DNA of 63,459 nt, filler included, from Choristocarpus tenellus KU-1152 (Eukaryota > Protista > Phaeophyceae): NCBI GenBank assembly GCA_964200185.2. It is 7 parts of 7 records of this genome, joined end to end, with 100 filler letters (N's around TTAATTAATTAA, not from the genome) between each part and the next. Parts side by side here need not be neighbours in the genome. Positions count along the whole stretch, not along the records: positions 9,582 to 24,545 come from CAXNAD020001087.1; positions 24,646 to 34,297 come from CAXNAD020003503.1; 5 more parts are not named here. One strand, written 5' to 3'. The translations under genes were made by a program, and so were the position numbers. The number at the start of each line of letters is the position of its first letter. Position 1 is the first letter of the stretch. Below the pieces are notes generated by a model, which was not told the origin of the DNA, ran no database searches, and saw nothing but the letters and a program-made list of their open reading frames with translations. Below, in pieces: positions 13,001 to 25,169 of this stretch.

Positions 13001-15049
13001 ACAGTCACAACAAGGGTGTGCCACCTCATCACTCCTCAATTTGACAGTTACATTTGGGACACAAGGTTCTACGCCTCTCGGAAAGATTGTTATTTCCAGA
13101 CAGGATAAAAAAAACTTGTCTGCAGTTTACAAAGCAGCGGCGTTCATAATACATTATCTTCAGCAGCAATCAGACATTCATTTTATTCAATCATCGGCCG
13201 GGGACCCTGCCACGTCTTGTCTTTAGTTGAATGAAATGCACAGAAGGATGCAAAGGTAATATACACACACATGGTTGGAGAAAAACACTTCACACAATAG
13301 CTGCTGCAAGTGTGCGAAAATACATGTATGATATGAGCAAAGTGGACAAAAAAAACCCCAGGCACATCGACTCGGTAAGGAATACGTAAAAATGTTTCAC
13401 CTCAAACTCTTCACGGTTTCACGTTCCACTGATGAGTCGAGTTTCATCCCAAAGACATTTTCAAATGATGCGCACGATAGGGTCATATCCTTGCTACACC
13501 ATTCGAAAAAAAAAAAATGGGGTCTACCAACACGGGTGGTAAGAATTTTCCTCAGGAGATTCCTGGAGTTGTCATACACCACGAGGGGGTGTTTAGATAT
13601 CAATATCTTGGGGCCATGCTGACCTATCCTTGGTAGTAGTCACGACGATATACTGTCACAAATTCCACTAGTTTAGTTCGAAGGCCTTAGTGATTGTACA
13701 GTATCATAATAGGGCCCCAGTCATATTCTGGAGGTGGGTACTTTGTAACGGCATAGTCTCTCAACAAAATGAATTGAGAGCACCCACTAGAGGATGTTGA
13801 CGATACTTTATATTTTCTAACTGGTATTTGACTTTTCGATACTGTTTCTAGGGTAGCAATTTATCTTTATCAACAGGGATCTGCATACCCAGTGCAGCTG
13901 AACCTACAACCAGGTTAACTTGTTTGTGATATTCAAGACTCTCTTAACATGCTGACACTACTTGCCCTTTCAGATAATAAAAGTGCAGAACTGATGCAGA
14001 CAAGTACTCCGAGTAGCTCTCTTTATCACAGCCGTGTCTAATCTCACAAGAAAACAGGGGAAGCTAGCGCTGCAGGGGTTACAGTAAGTAAGAAATGGGG
14101 ATGCATATTCCTTTCCCCAATTTACTGCGGCTAGTAGTACAGATGTGTTCCTCTAGATACTCAATATCGTTCGGAGTGGTAAGTCGTAGTTCTTACCTTA
14201 GGGTTGTCATTCCCCAGTGCTTGGACCTCGGCAAGCAGAAGCAGCGAGATCACGTCGTCTACAACCGCTGCGGTACAGATCAGCTGACCAGACAGAGACT
14301 TGAGCTCACCCACCTCACCCAGCATTTGAGCACTGAACCCCAAACTGGTGGGTGCAAGTGCTGCCCCCACAGCTAAAGTAGTCTGGAATCAGCGGGTAAG
14401 GGCATGAGAGCAACAGCAGAAGCACAAAAGTGGTTTGTGGTAATCTTTCCCTCAAGGCAAAAGAAATGTGGAGAGTGAAGGTAAATGCATAAAGCAATCG
14501 TAGGAGCGCGAGTTATTTCCATTCTCTTGTGTGTAACAATTAACCTGTGGCCACGCTCTGAAAGAGGCTTGGCAAGGGATTGGAGAACCACATTGACCAC
14601 GAGAAGAGCCACCTAGATCTAAACGTCCCTTCGCAATTCTTCTTCAACATAAACGAAGTGGAGCATCCACCACTGTATATGTCCCCCTCTTTGAGAGCCT
14701 TACCTACCTTCCATCCAGCTCCGAGCAATCCAGAATAGAAGATGAAGCTCAAAAGCACTGGGAATATTACTCCTGTAGTTGCAGCAAAAAATGCTCTGAC
14801 ACCAACTTCGCGCACTTCACTCAGATCGACTGAGAGACCAGATTCTGTAACGAGTATCATGACCCCTATCTTTCCCAGAAGACGAAAGGCGTCGGTGTAC
14901 GGGATTACATCAAGCAAAGCAGGTCCGACAATCATCCCCGCGATAATTTGGCCAATAATAGGTGAAGCATTGATACGCTTGCACCCTTGTTCCGTGAACC
15001 ACACAATCGTGAGAAGAAATATGACCTTCAGCTCTTCATCAAGTGCCAT
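10013..15049 (-). CDS. Cation/H+ antiporter, CPA2 (Na_H_Exchanger) family; exons 15049-14708, 14382-14197, 10996-10013; ~503 aa
   Basis: Phase-0 GT-AG junctions join GAGWK|TTLAVGAALAPTS and NDNPK|WHDYALP. Family motifs: IIGQIIAGMIVGPALL, ESGLSVDL, AAVVDDV (DD motif), LLGCFLGG, MNGRGEF. Many hydrophobic segments. Confidence 0.9.
12300..13000 (+). mobile_element. Possible highly decayed non-LTR (CRE-like) RT remnant in antiporter intron 2
   Basis: Scattered motif echoes FKNA..FN (~12515) and VHHQGD (~12780, cf. GVxQGD) in the expected order; frames broken. Confidence 0.3.
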
Positions 15050-15298
15050 GGTGTCCAAACGACGTGCACAATAGTACACAACTGATACATTGTGGTATGG
15101 TATCTTCAAAATTGGAATGCATTTACAGACGCCTCCTCCACACTTTCGAGCGTTTCGGCATTTTTTTAGTTCAAGTGTAGCATCACCATAATTTGTAGGT
15201 AGTCACAACATACGTGCGTAGACACCACAAAAGAACGAGTCACGGAGAACTAGGGAAAGCGAAGAAATTCCTTGTCAGGTTTGGGTTACCACTTGAAA
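15050..15298. promoter_or_regulatory. Putative bidirectional promoter region
   Basis: Only 249 bp separate two divergent start codons; no specific motif identified. Confidence 0.55.
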
Positions 15299-18200
15299 AT
15301 GCCTGCGAGCAAGGCTGGTTCGGTTGGCTCTTACTCTAACTCCAGCGGGAGTGTGAATGGGAGCGATGTACTTAACAAATATGGGAAAAACACTTTAAAA
15401 GTCGACATTAGGAAGGTACGCCGCAATCACACCAACCACGTAAGGCGGGAGAAAGTACTTGAGTGTATTAATTCAACTTACAGCATGGGAAGATACGATT
15501 GGTATTATTGGCCTTGAAACGTGCTTAAGTACAGACGATGTTGGTAAACGTTGATGGATTCCCCTTCCAAAGGCTGAGAAGGACCTTGCCAAGTCCAAAG
15601 GAAAGACAAAGAAGGAGCGCAAGGTAGAGGACGACAGCACATCTGTGGGGACCATGAATTCTGCTGAGGGAGAGGATATCGATAAAGGACGCGATGGAAT
15701 TGAAAGGACAGAAAGCTCCTCGAAGGATGTGGTCAATATCTCGGAGAGTCTGCAAAGGCTTACCCCAGGGGAAGTATTTGCGCGTTTTGACACAGATAAA
15801 AGCGGACTCATTGACTTCGACGAGTTTCGTACCATGCTGCCACAACTGGGTATCAATATATCCACTCCGAAGGTAAGAATGATACGACCTACCTGGTGAG
15901 AGCATTTTTCTGGAGTTTGGGCTGGACGTTTGCGACTCACTTGCCATGATCGAAGAAGTAAAGTGGTGAAAATATCACTGAACAAGCTTGAGCGTGTATG
16001 ATAAGTATCACCTGGACCACTTGCTTGCAGACGCTCTTTAAGACAGCAATGACATACCCCACATCTGGGAACAGGCGATGCGGTACTTTCGTATGTGTGA
16101 TACAGATGGGACTGGGGAGATCGACCTGGAAGAATTTAACGTGGCCCTTTTTGCTGTTGATCCCGACAATGGAAACCCTGTTGGTTTCAAACCAAACGCC
16201 CTCATATCGCCCCAAGATGCTTTTGAGGTGAGACTCGGCGCATACATTCCTTCCTCAGCATTTTCTCAAAGACCTGCTGGGTGGTAGGCAAAGATAAACA
16301 AGCTCAAAGTATCTGGAGGGGGTTGGCAGCTGTCCACCCGGGTCCATTTTTCCATGTCGCGATATTTTTTGTGATTTGGTTGCATGCGTCGGATGGATAA
16401 CGTAAGTTCATTGCTCCTGGTCAGGGCCCGAACAGACAACCTGGTGTAGATTCCCCCCCCCCCCCCCCCCCTCCCCTTATGCCACAAACCCACCCACCAC
16501 ACCCAATAATACCAAAAACTTAAAATAATAAAANNNNNNNNNNTTCCCTCCCCCCCCCCTCAGATACTTTGAGCCAACATTCCACACAAACTCGTATACT
16601 TACACTAATTATGCAATGGATAGGATATACTTTCGATGTAGTCCTTGCCAATTACTAGTATTGAATAGTATTCAACTAAAAATATTTTCAACCTGTCATA
16701 TACTCGACCTCGAGCGATAATGGAGAGCTGGTGAGGAAAGGAGAAGATTTGCCTAAGGGACAAACACCCTTGCGTAAGTCAATGCATATACTTCAGTTGG
16801 GAGAACTCTCCTCCATGAAGGGGGACCCGAACCCGATACACTCTATGCACAACATACTAGAAATAAGATAAACAAGCACCTCTGACATACATATTGCCTC
16901 CTTCCATGGCTTCCACCCTTTCCCTTTTCTGGAAGATGTTTGATGAAGACCAAAGTGGGAAAATCGATGAAGATGAGTTCTTCTTCCTACTTCAGTTCCT
17001 GGGGATGGAGGTAGGTTGTCAGGGCCAACCTCAGGCACATAGGTTTTCACAAGTTCATATTTTAGTTCCACTCCAAAGACATAGAGTAAGTACCCACTTC
17101 CCACATCTACATAGGCTGCAGAAGAATTTCAAGTGTAGGCTGCTCTCATCGGACACTCCATCGTCTGATTTGGTCAAGGCAAAAAATAGAATGCATATGA
17201 AGGAAAGTTGGAACGGTCATCATCGATGGGGGAACCAGGGTCTTCAAATAAAGAAACGGAGTAGCAGATATGACCCTCTGTGTGCACCTGCAAAGAGAAT
17301 AGTCAGGTTACCTTGGATAATGCAAAAAACTAGTGCTCAAAAAAATTACCCAAGATCAATCTCCACGTCAGCCCTCTTCTTGACTTTGGCAACTTCTACT
17401 GCCCTAGGTGAGTGAGAAGAAGCTAGAAGAGCTGTTCAACAAGTACGACCATGACAATTCTGGATACATTGAGTACAATGAATTCAAGAAGATATGGGCC
17501 AGACTTGCAAACGTAAAAAATGAGCTCGTGAGCCGAGGGGTGAAGATTCCTAAGCTCGCAACCAAGAGCATGCTGATCAAGATGCTGGAGAAGGTCCTGG
17601 ATGAAGAGGAAGATAGGTGACAATAACAACACTATGGTATCAGCATACCACATGGCCAGGGAGTATGCGAAGGGCAGAGGCTGACTCCACCTTGAATAGT
17701 CAGGACACCACAGGATGGGGAAATTTGAATAATTTTCTCAGATATGCATTGGATCTACAGTCCGTTTACCTTACAGCATTTGCTTAGGATTTTTTCCTTT
17801 CATTATACATGGGAGAGATGAAGTGTGGAGCGAAGAAGGAAATAGGTTGATCTATTGATCATTGATTAATTAAGAGGTGGCATCTTGAACTGTCTAAACT
17901 AGAGTAAAGTCGCTATTGACTTTGGTAGTGGAACCTCCCTCCTTCAAGTAGCCCCTTCATCAACCCTGCCCCAACCAGAGCGGAGACCAAAATACAGCAA
18001 TAAACACCATGTACACGGCATGATAATGAACAAGAAGTTAATTGGACCACCATCTCACAAGGCCATTGTTTAGTGGGTAAAAGAGGAAAAATGATGCCCA
18101 TACATTGAATTCCTCTCAACAATCAACAATCAGCCTAACTGTTATCCCACCTGCCACAAATGATTTCTGAGAGTAGTCCTCTCCATTTCTACTGGAGTTC

Positions 18201-21200
18201 CATTCCTACTATACCTCTATGTCAAATAGGTGCTGTTTGTGAAACATTCTTTGTTCAATTTATCCACCTCTTCTGCCAACTTCCCATCCGTTGTGATTGC
18301 TCTTTTGCCCCCACTGACTCTGTAGTTACAATAACACGCCTGATAAGGGTTATCGTATTTGCTTTTCTCGACATGTTATGCAGAGAGGAACGGGCACTAG
18401 CCGAGGCAGAGCGCTGGAGGACTTGGCAAATCCTCCTTAAGGACAAACGAAGAGCATATGAACGGGCAAAGAGGAGGAGTGCCATTGAACTCAAGGCGGC
18501 GTTTGATTCTGCAGGGTCGGTGTGGGTGTTTGGGACTGGGCCCTTTGGAGAGTTCCGTGGCAATCCACCCATGACCCTGCAACAAGGGCAACACATTTTT
18601 GACCACTACGACATTGTCAGGGTGAGGGTACACTGCTCATCATGACCGACAATTGCTGATAGAAGATGGATACCCTATTAGAGGAGAATGGAGGAGTTTG
18701 AAATCGGTTGGATTCATGTACAGTGACCTCTATCTCTATCTATGCTGTCAATGAAACAGGAGGTTGGATAAATAAAAATATGATAGCGAGGTAGTTGTGA
18801 TGTCGCTATTGGCGATGGCTTGAATGGCTAGAAATATATAGCAGTGTTTCGAAGTAGGAGTTCTTCCTCTTTCCTACCAGTAGAAATGAGTCGGTTTGCA
18901 ACTGGGATGCTAAGTTGTGGAAGGGCACAATCATGCTACCAAAAATACAAGGTTGGCACGTTTCGACCTTGCCCTGAAGACAACATTTGCCACTCTAAGT
19001 TTTGTTAATCCACAGTGCTCTTGTGCACCGAAGCTCTGAGGTGCAGTCATAGGAAGCTCACGGCAAGTCCTTGGATTTGCTTCACAGATCAGCAGATAGT
19101 AACAACAGAAAATTGCCAAGATGCCAGATGTAGATGGTAAGTACAGCATTTCCCAAGAAATTGCCTTCAGCAGTTATCCGTTTGTTTCTTTAAATTCACC
19201 CTATGTCTTACCACCCCCCTTTAAGCCCCCACTCTCTCCCCTGACCTTTTTGCCTCACCTGCCAACTGATTGCCTATGCTGTCTCATATCCGGACTTCAC
19301 CTGAAGAATATGTGGAACAATCGAATTCATCCGCCCAAAATACAAGAAGAAAAAACAACTGTCAGCAAGAGGGACAAGAAGAGGAAGGCCAAGCAGGTTG
19401 GTCAAACTTTTGAGAGCAAGGGATGAGTTGCTTCAACAAGTGGTCTACTAAAATCGAATTTGTAGATCTCAAAAATGATCTTGGCCATGCCGACTTTATC
19501 ATCTTGTTTTGTCATCCTGGTCTGCTCACCTGTAGAATGTCGTAATATCATGGAGCTAGGGGTGTGAAGGCATCAAATTTGTACTGTGGGGATACTTGGG
19601 ATATTACACACACTAATTGGAAGCTCTAGTTCTTAGTCATGAGTGAAAGTATCTTAGAGGGTACGAATTTTGCCCTGTTTGTCCATTTGGGGCTTAGCCT
19701 CCATGTTTTTTTTGTGACATTTTCCTACTCAATAATATTTCGGAGTAGGTAAAGTGTGTATGCTATGAAAAGGTGTGTCTGGAACAAGGATATTGACAAT
19801 TCCAAACAAAACACAATAGTCAAAATTTCATCCAAATCGGAACTTTAGATTTTGGTCCCCAAATGGACGCTTCCCTACCCTCTAAGATACTTTGACTGCA
19901 TATGTTGTAGGTCATTCACTAGTCAGAACCCTGGATAACCAATTTGTTTTTTGGCTACAGTACCTATGTTGTTCTTTTCATGTGTCCATTTGTTTGATGT
20001 GGTCTTGTTTTCAAGAGTTAAAGTAAACGAGAGAGATGTCCAGGTTTTGACCGTTTTGCATCTTAACTCTATTTGTATTATGTTTGTTGCAAGTTGCCCA
20101 CGTTTCTAAGGATGAAGTTCTATTTTCGTTTTTTCTTGAGATTGTTCGTATCTCTATTGTTTGAAACATTTCCAACACAATTAACAAAATATCCCATGCA
20201 CATCGGCGCAAAAATCCAATTGTGCAACTATTTTTCAGCATCGTTAAGACTTGTCAACAATCTTATTGACCCAAATGTTTGCTTTTGACTCTTAGCTAAG
20301 AGGAGGTGTCTTACGTAAGAGCAGGTGAAGCCAGTTCCTCACCTGTGATTACTCCACCTCTGCAGTTCACTAATCCTTCTCCCACATACACCTGTGCACA
20401 ATTGAACCCAACCTCCATGCTAATACGGACTAAAATGTTGTTGAAGGAGTCTCTTGCTCTCAGTGCTGAAGGTGGGGAGGAGGAGAAAGGTGAGATGGAG
20501 CAAGGAAGTACATCTCTGATATCTCGGGACACTCAAGACCCAGAGTGCAATGCTTCTCTCAGCCCCTTTGTTGGTCTGACCATTGGTCAATGTACAGCAG
20601 CACTTTGGGGGCGACGAGTGGCCTCAGTTGCTACCACTGACAGTACTGCATTCGCACTCAGCGACTTGGGAGAGGTCAGGAAATCTTCCGCCCTTTGTAA
20701 CTTTCCCTCCCACACTCAGCACATTTAGCATCCTCGATCCTCACTCTTCTTGTGCCTATCATTTCTTTTCTAGCTAGATCGACTTGGTCTCATTCTCACA
20801 CTTGACACAACTTCAAAACACATGATTTAGTGTATTGACCCTTGTAACTAGGTCGATTTCACCTCCTTTTCCACCAATGGCCAATCCTTGATGCCCACTA
20901 GTTGTTCTTTTGGGCGACTCTTACAGAAGGAGCATCCCTGCTGATCCTCATGGACAGCCTTTGAAAATATGAGTCAAAGTATCTTAGTGGGTAGAGCTGC
21001 GTCCTTTTGGGGGCCAAATCCAATGTTACGGATTTGATGTAATTTTGGCTATCGTGTTTGTTAGGAAGTGTCAATATCCTTGTTCTGGACACACGTTTTC
21101 ATAACGTTTACATTTTACCTACTCAAAAAATGTTTCGGAGTAGGAAAAATGTCATAAAAAACTGTGGGAAGCCAAGCCCCAAAACGGACAAACAGGGAAA

Positions 21201-23589
21201 AAAACGTACCCTAACCCTAAGATGCTTTCACTCATACAAAATAACTTGCTGTTTCGTATAGGCTTGCAAACAGTTGGGTTATGTGATGGGAGGATGACCG
21301 GCACATGTTCTGGGCTTTCGGACCATTTCGGCCTCTGAAATTGAACTCTTGTTTGGTATGCCGATAAGGTGATAACATTTCACACACAACCACTGCTCCA
21401 TTCCTTGCAACTGGTATGCACATCTCTGTAACGTGAGCAACAGAATTGTATATTCTTTTTGTGGTTGTTGATAAAATATAAAAGACCATGGATGTGTCCA
21501 GTGGAAGCAATCCTGTCTTTGAATATGAATGGAGTTTCCTCTGAATGCTGTGGGTCAAAGTATCTGGGGGGGAGGGGGGTGGTTGTGAGGGGGCGTCCGT
21601 TTCGGCCAAACAACGAGTGAAAGTATCTTAGAGGGTACGAGTTTTGCCCTGCTTGTCCATTTGGGGCTTGGCTTCCCTCGGGGTTTTTTATGTCATTTTC
21701 CTACTCCAAAATATTTCGAAGTAGGTAAAATGTATATGTTATGAAAAGGTGTGTCCGCAATAAGGATATTGACACTTCCTAACAAACACGATAGCAAAAA
21801 TTACATCAAAATCGCAAATTAATATACTAAAAGGAGGTGGCTCTACAATATGAATTACTTCGGCTCAACCCTTTTTTTTTTCTGAAATTTCAAATTCGAC
21901 ACGTGCGACCAAATCACACCAATAAAGTGAAAATCGAGAAAAGGGTGAAAAACGGACGCCGACACCCTCCCCCCAAGATACTTTGACCCTGTCCAAGGGC
22001 AGAGACCGTAGCTAACACTCTATATTGACCCCTTCCCTTCTTCCTTAGGTATTTGCGTGGGGAGGAAAGGATCACTGGTGGTTTGATATTACTCCTGACT
22101 CGTACTGGCAAAGGCACTGGAGGGGGGACACAACAGAGCGCAGTCGACTCCTTCTTCAGGTTTGGGAAACATCATCCAGACCACAGGATTAGGGATTTTG
22201 CAGGTTAGGGACACTTGACGCAGCTTAGACAACTTACGCTGATGCAAGGCTAGACTTTACCTCTGAACCTGCTGTTGGTTCACATGAGAGGGCTTTGTAC
22301 CTGATACACTCAGCTTAAGGTGCAGAGTCAGAAGTGGTGTAAGTGCAAATCCCACACAAATGTTCTTGTTTCATGTACATGTACTTCGATATGACTTGTT
22401 GCAAGAGAGGTACCTGAGTAATGTACCCCCAACAATGATTCTCCTCCTGTTACTTAATCCTTGCTGCTAGACCCTTCACAAGGCAGAACCGATGGAGAAA
22501 ATCGAGGAAGAACCAGAGGATGATATAGAAAAGCAGGTAAGAATATGAATGTGGAGTTTCAGCAGTGATTGATTACCCTTGCCTCATAGCTATCTTCCTA
22601 ACCTGGTGATGCCACTTTCCAGTCACACCCATCATCAGACCTGATCTCCTCATCAATCAACTTCGGCTTGCTCGTTGTCTCTTGTCAGTTTGAACTTGAA
22701 CTGTAGAAAATCTCTCTGGGAGACACTGCCTGAATTTATTATACCATGTTTGTTTGGAATACCTCGAGTAATAGTGATGAAAATACGTAGAACCCTGGTT
22801 AGGGAGGGCTATTGCATGTTCAGGTGAAATGATAAAGGCTAAGGTGAGAACAAGGGAGAGGGTTGTGTTCAGTTTTCACCCCAACAGAAACACCAGAAAA
22901 CTGGCAAGTTGTTGATTACATTATCACTGCTGCCACCGTTGCTATCACTTGATTTGTCTATGCCCATGTCGTCATTGTCACTGTCACCTATTGCATCAAT
23001 ACTCTATGAAGTTGGAGATGTAGGGATCTTAAAACGCGTTTCTTACTTCTGTTGACTTCGGAGGGATTGGTCTTAAATACAACTTCGATCACATTCCTTG
23101 TGTGATGCCTGGATGACTACTGTCTGGTTTGGAATCATTTCTACACGGAACAGCTGCATGCTTTGGCTTTGGATCATGTTGATGAAACGTATGTGAGCTT
23201 GGTGGTGTTCACCTCCGTGGTGTACACCCCCCGGAGGCATCCGAGCACAACAGTTCCATAAATATACTAGATCACGCAAACGTTGCACACAGCCTAGTGG
23301 TATGTGGATGTGTTGTACTAGTACAATTTAGTGTCATCTCAGCTTGTTTGCTTGATTAGTCAGACTGCTACGCATCATCCCTTCATTTATTAATCCACTA
23401 GAATTCACCGGACACACAGCACTTCCCATCATCATCAATAGCACCCCTTGAAAGACATCCTATGTCCGACCCTTTGCACAGATTGAAAAGCTGAAGACAT
23501 TAACCACATACTTTGGAGTGTGGAAGCCTCCGCCAACCAATCTCAGACTGGAATACATTCGTGGAGAGCTTCTTCCCAAGATAAGGCAG
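15299..23589 (+). CDS. Four-EF-hand protein with RCC1-like repeats, 3'-truncated by contig end; exons 15299-15415, 15573-15872, 16075-16227, 16936-17010, 17408-17616, 18384-18621, 19307-19396, 20447-20674, 22049-22159, 22471-22536, 23482-23589
   Basis: Ten phase-compatible GT-AG introns. EF loops DTDKSGLIDFDE, DTDGTGEIDLEE, DEDQSGKIDEDE, DHDNSGYIEYNE. RCC1-like AGSVWVFGTG and STAFALSDLGE|VFAWGG, the latter split across an intron. Confidence 0.85.
16301..16575. mobile_element. MITE family B (spans 10-N gap 16534-16543), AACA flanks
   Basis: AGCTCAAAGTATCTGG ... CCAGATACTTTGAGCC with AACA on both sides. Confidence 0.8.
19641..19898. mobile_element. MITE family A, full length, CAT flanks
   Basis: ~23-bp imperfect TIRs GAGTGAAAGTATCTTAGAGGGTA / TACCCTCTAAGATACTTTGACTG. 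Confidence 0.9.
20015..20291. mobile_element. MITE family G, diverged, inverted relative to 49466
   Basis: Start GAGTTAAAGTAAACGAGAGAGATGTCCAGGTTTTGACCG matches the reverse complement of the 49707 end; terminates TTTTGACTC. Confidence 0.6.
20971..21233. mobile_element. MITE family A, full length, inverted
   Basis: GAGTCAAAGTATCTTAGTGGGTA ... CTAAGATGCTTTCACTC; flanks ATAT/ATAC. Confidence 0.9.
21552..21989. mobile_element. MITE family C carrying a nested family A copy; TGT flanks
   Basis: GGGTCAAAGTATCT ... AGATACTTTGACCC; the right arm matches 39492-39542 in reverse complement. Confidence 0.75.
21615..21817. mobile_element. MITE family A, right-truncated, nested in family C
   Basis: Family A terminus and body up to ...AAATCGCAA, then divergence from the family sequence. 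Confidence 0.85.
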
Positions 23590-24014
23590 GTGTCTTTGAT
23601 AGGACAAGGATAATGTGGAGAAAATTGCTAGATGTGAGGGTGTCCGGATTGGGGAACATCGAGTTGTATGTATGCATTGTGCTGAACCTGAACTATATCA
23701 TAGTATACATGGGGTTCTTGGATCTTATTAGCACTAATTTTTCTGCACACACACCACAATAAACCACACGCAATGTGTAAGGCGTCTTCTGATTTACTCT
23801 TTTCCACAATCTGTGAGATGATGTTTTCAAAATTTGTGTTGGAAGATGTTGAACATCTGAGTTACCTCAAACGCCGATCCTTGATAGACGGTCTTTCTTG
23901 TGTACTCACAGTGACAAGAAGTGCCTCATACCATCTAATAAAAGTTCGCTGTAGGTGAATAATGCACCAATGAGTAGTACATACCAAACAGTAGCAGGTA
24001 GATGAGAAGAGTTA

Positions 24015-24224
24015 GGAGCGTAAAAGACACATATCATCATTCCCAAGATACTTCTAAGTAGGATTGATCTATGTGAAATGGTACATGGGAACAGAGAAAT
24101 GGCTACGTATATCTACCTTCGGAGCGTAAAAGACACATATCATCCTTCCCAAGATACTTCAAAGTAGGACTGATCTATGAGAAATGGTACATGGGAACAG
24201 AGAAACAGCTAGGTATATCTACCT
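24015..24224. repeat. Tandem duplication, 106-bp unit x2
   Basis: GGAGCGTAAAAGACACATATCATC... begins at 24015 and 24121. Confidence 0.9.
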
Positions 24225-24474
24225 CTGAGTGGTAACATCGTTCAGGAGGAAAGGGAGGCTGCAGGGTCAACACAATCCGTTGGTTCAATGTGATACATTG
24301 AATATCTTTACTGGTGAAATGTTAATTTTCAAACCATACCCCCCTACCCCACTATTTTCTTACAGTTATCATTACAGCCATTGCTGACTGTACTGGTCTG
24401 ATCATAGGACGGAGGCATAAGTGGAAATAGCCCAGGGTGGAGGAAAACACTTTTCAGTTATATTCCTCAAAGTA

Positions 24475-24545
24475 GAGCCAAAGTATCTGGGGGGGGGGTG
24501 GTGGATGTCCATTTGGGGCCAATTTTTTCATGTCGCGATTTTTGG
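24475..24545. mobile_element. MITE family B end, truncated by contig end
   Basis: GAGCCAAAGTATCTGGGGGG...GTCCATTTGGGGCC. Confidence 0.8.
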
Positions 24546-24645
24546 NNNNNNNNNNNNNNNNNNNNNNNNNNNNNNNNNNNNNNNNNNNNTTAATTAATTA
24601 ANNNNNNNNNNNNNNNNNNNNNNNNNNNNNNNNNNNNNNNNNNNN
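24546..24645. other. Artificial contig-join linker
   Basis: Same 100-nt spacer. Confidence 0.97.
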
Positions 24646-24655
24646 GTGTTGTCAT

Positions 24656-24836
24656 CGTCGAAATTATCTTCGGGGTGGGGGTGGCGGTTGTCCGTTTGGG
24701 ACCGATTTTTTCATCTTGCGATTTTTTGGTGATTTGGTTGCATACGTCAGATGGATAATATAAGTGCACATTTCCTGTTATGAGTCACATGGACACCCTG
24801 ATGCAGACCCCCTCCCCCCACCAGATACTTTGGGTC
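24656..24836. mobile_element. MITE family B, TCAT flanks
   Basis: Degenerate left TIR, intact right TIR CCAGATACTTTGGGTC, shared body. Confidence 0.8.
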
Positions 24837-25169
24837 TCATATTCACTCATGAAATAATTGTGATTATCACAGATTTCCTGGTGTCACATCGATTTATGCA
24901 CACAACCTAAATCTAACTTAACATGGTAAAATCTTACTCCAAAATATGCACTCATAGAAGTCAAGGGCATCAAACTAGAGCTTTAAATATCTTGACCACT
25001 GAAATTACAAATCTAGTGTGTGATTGAAAAAAATGATTTGACTGCGTGGCCTCTAAATTTTTTAACCAAGGGTACACTTAGGAAAGATGGTGACACCAAA
25101 CAAAGGGGCACAAATCCTTAATATTCTAATCAACCATGCATGGATCTATAATCTCAAGGATTTGCTGAC

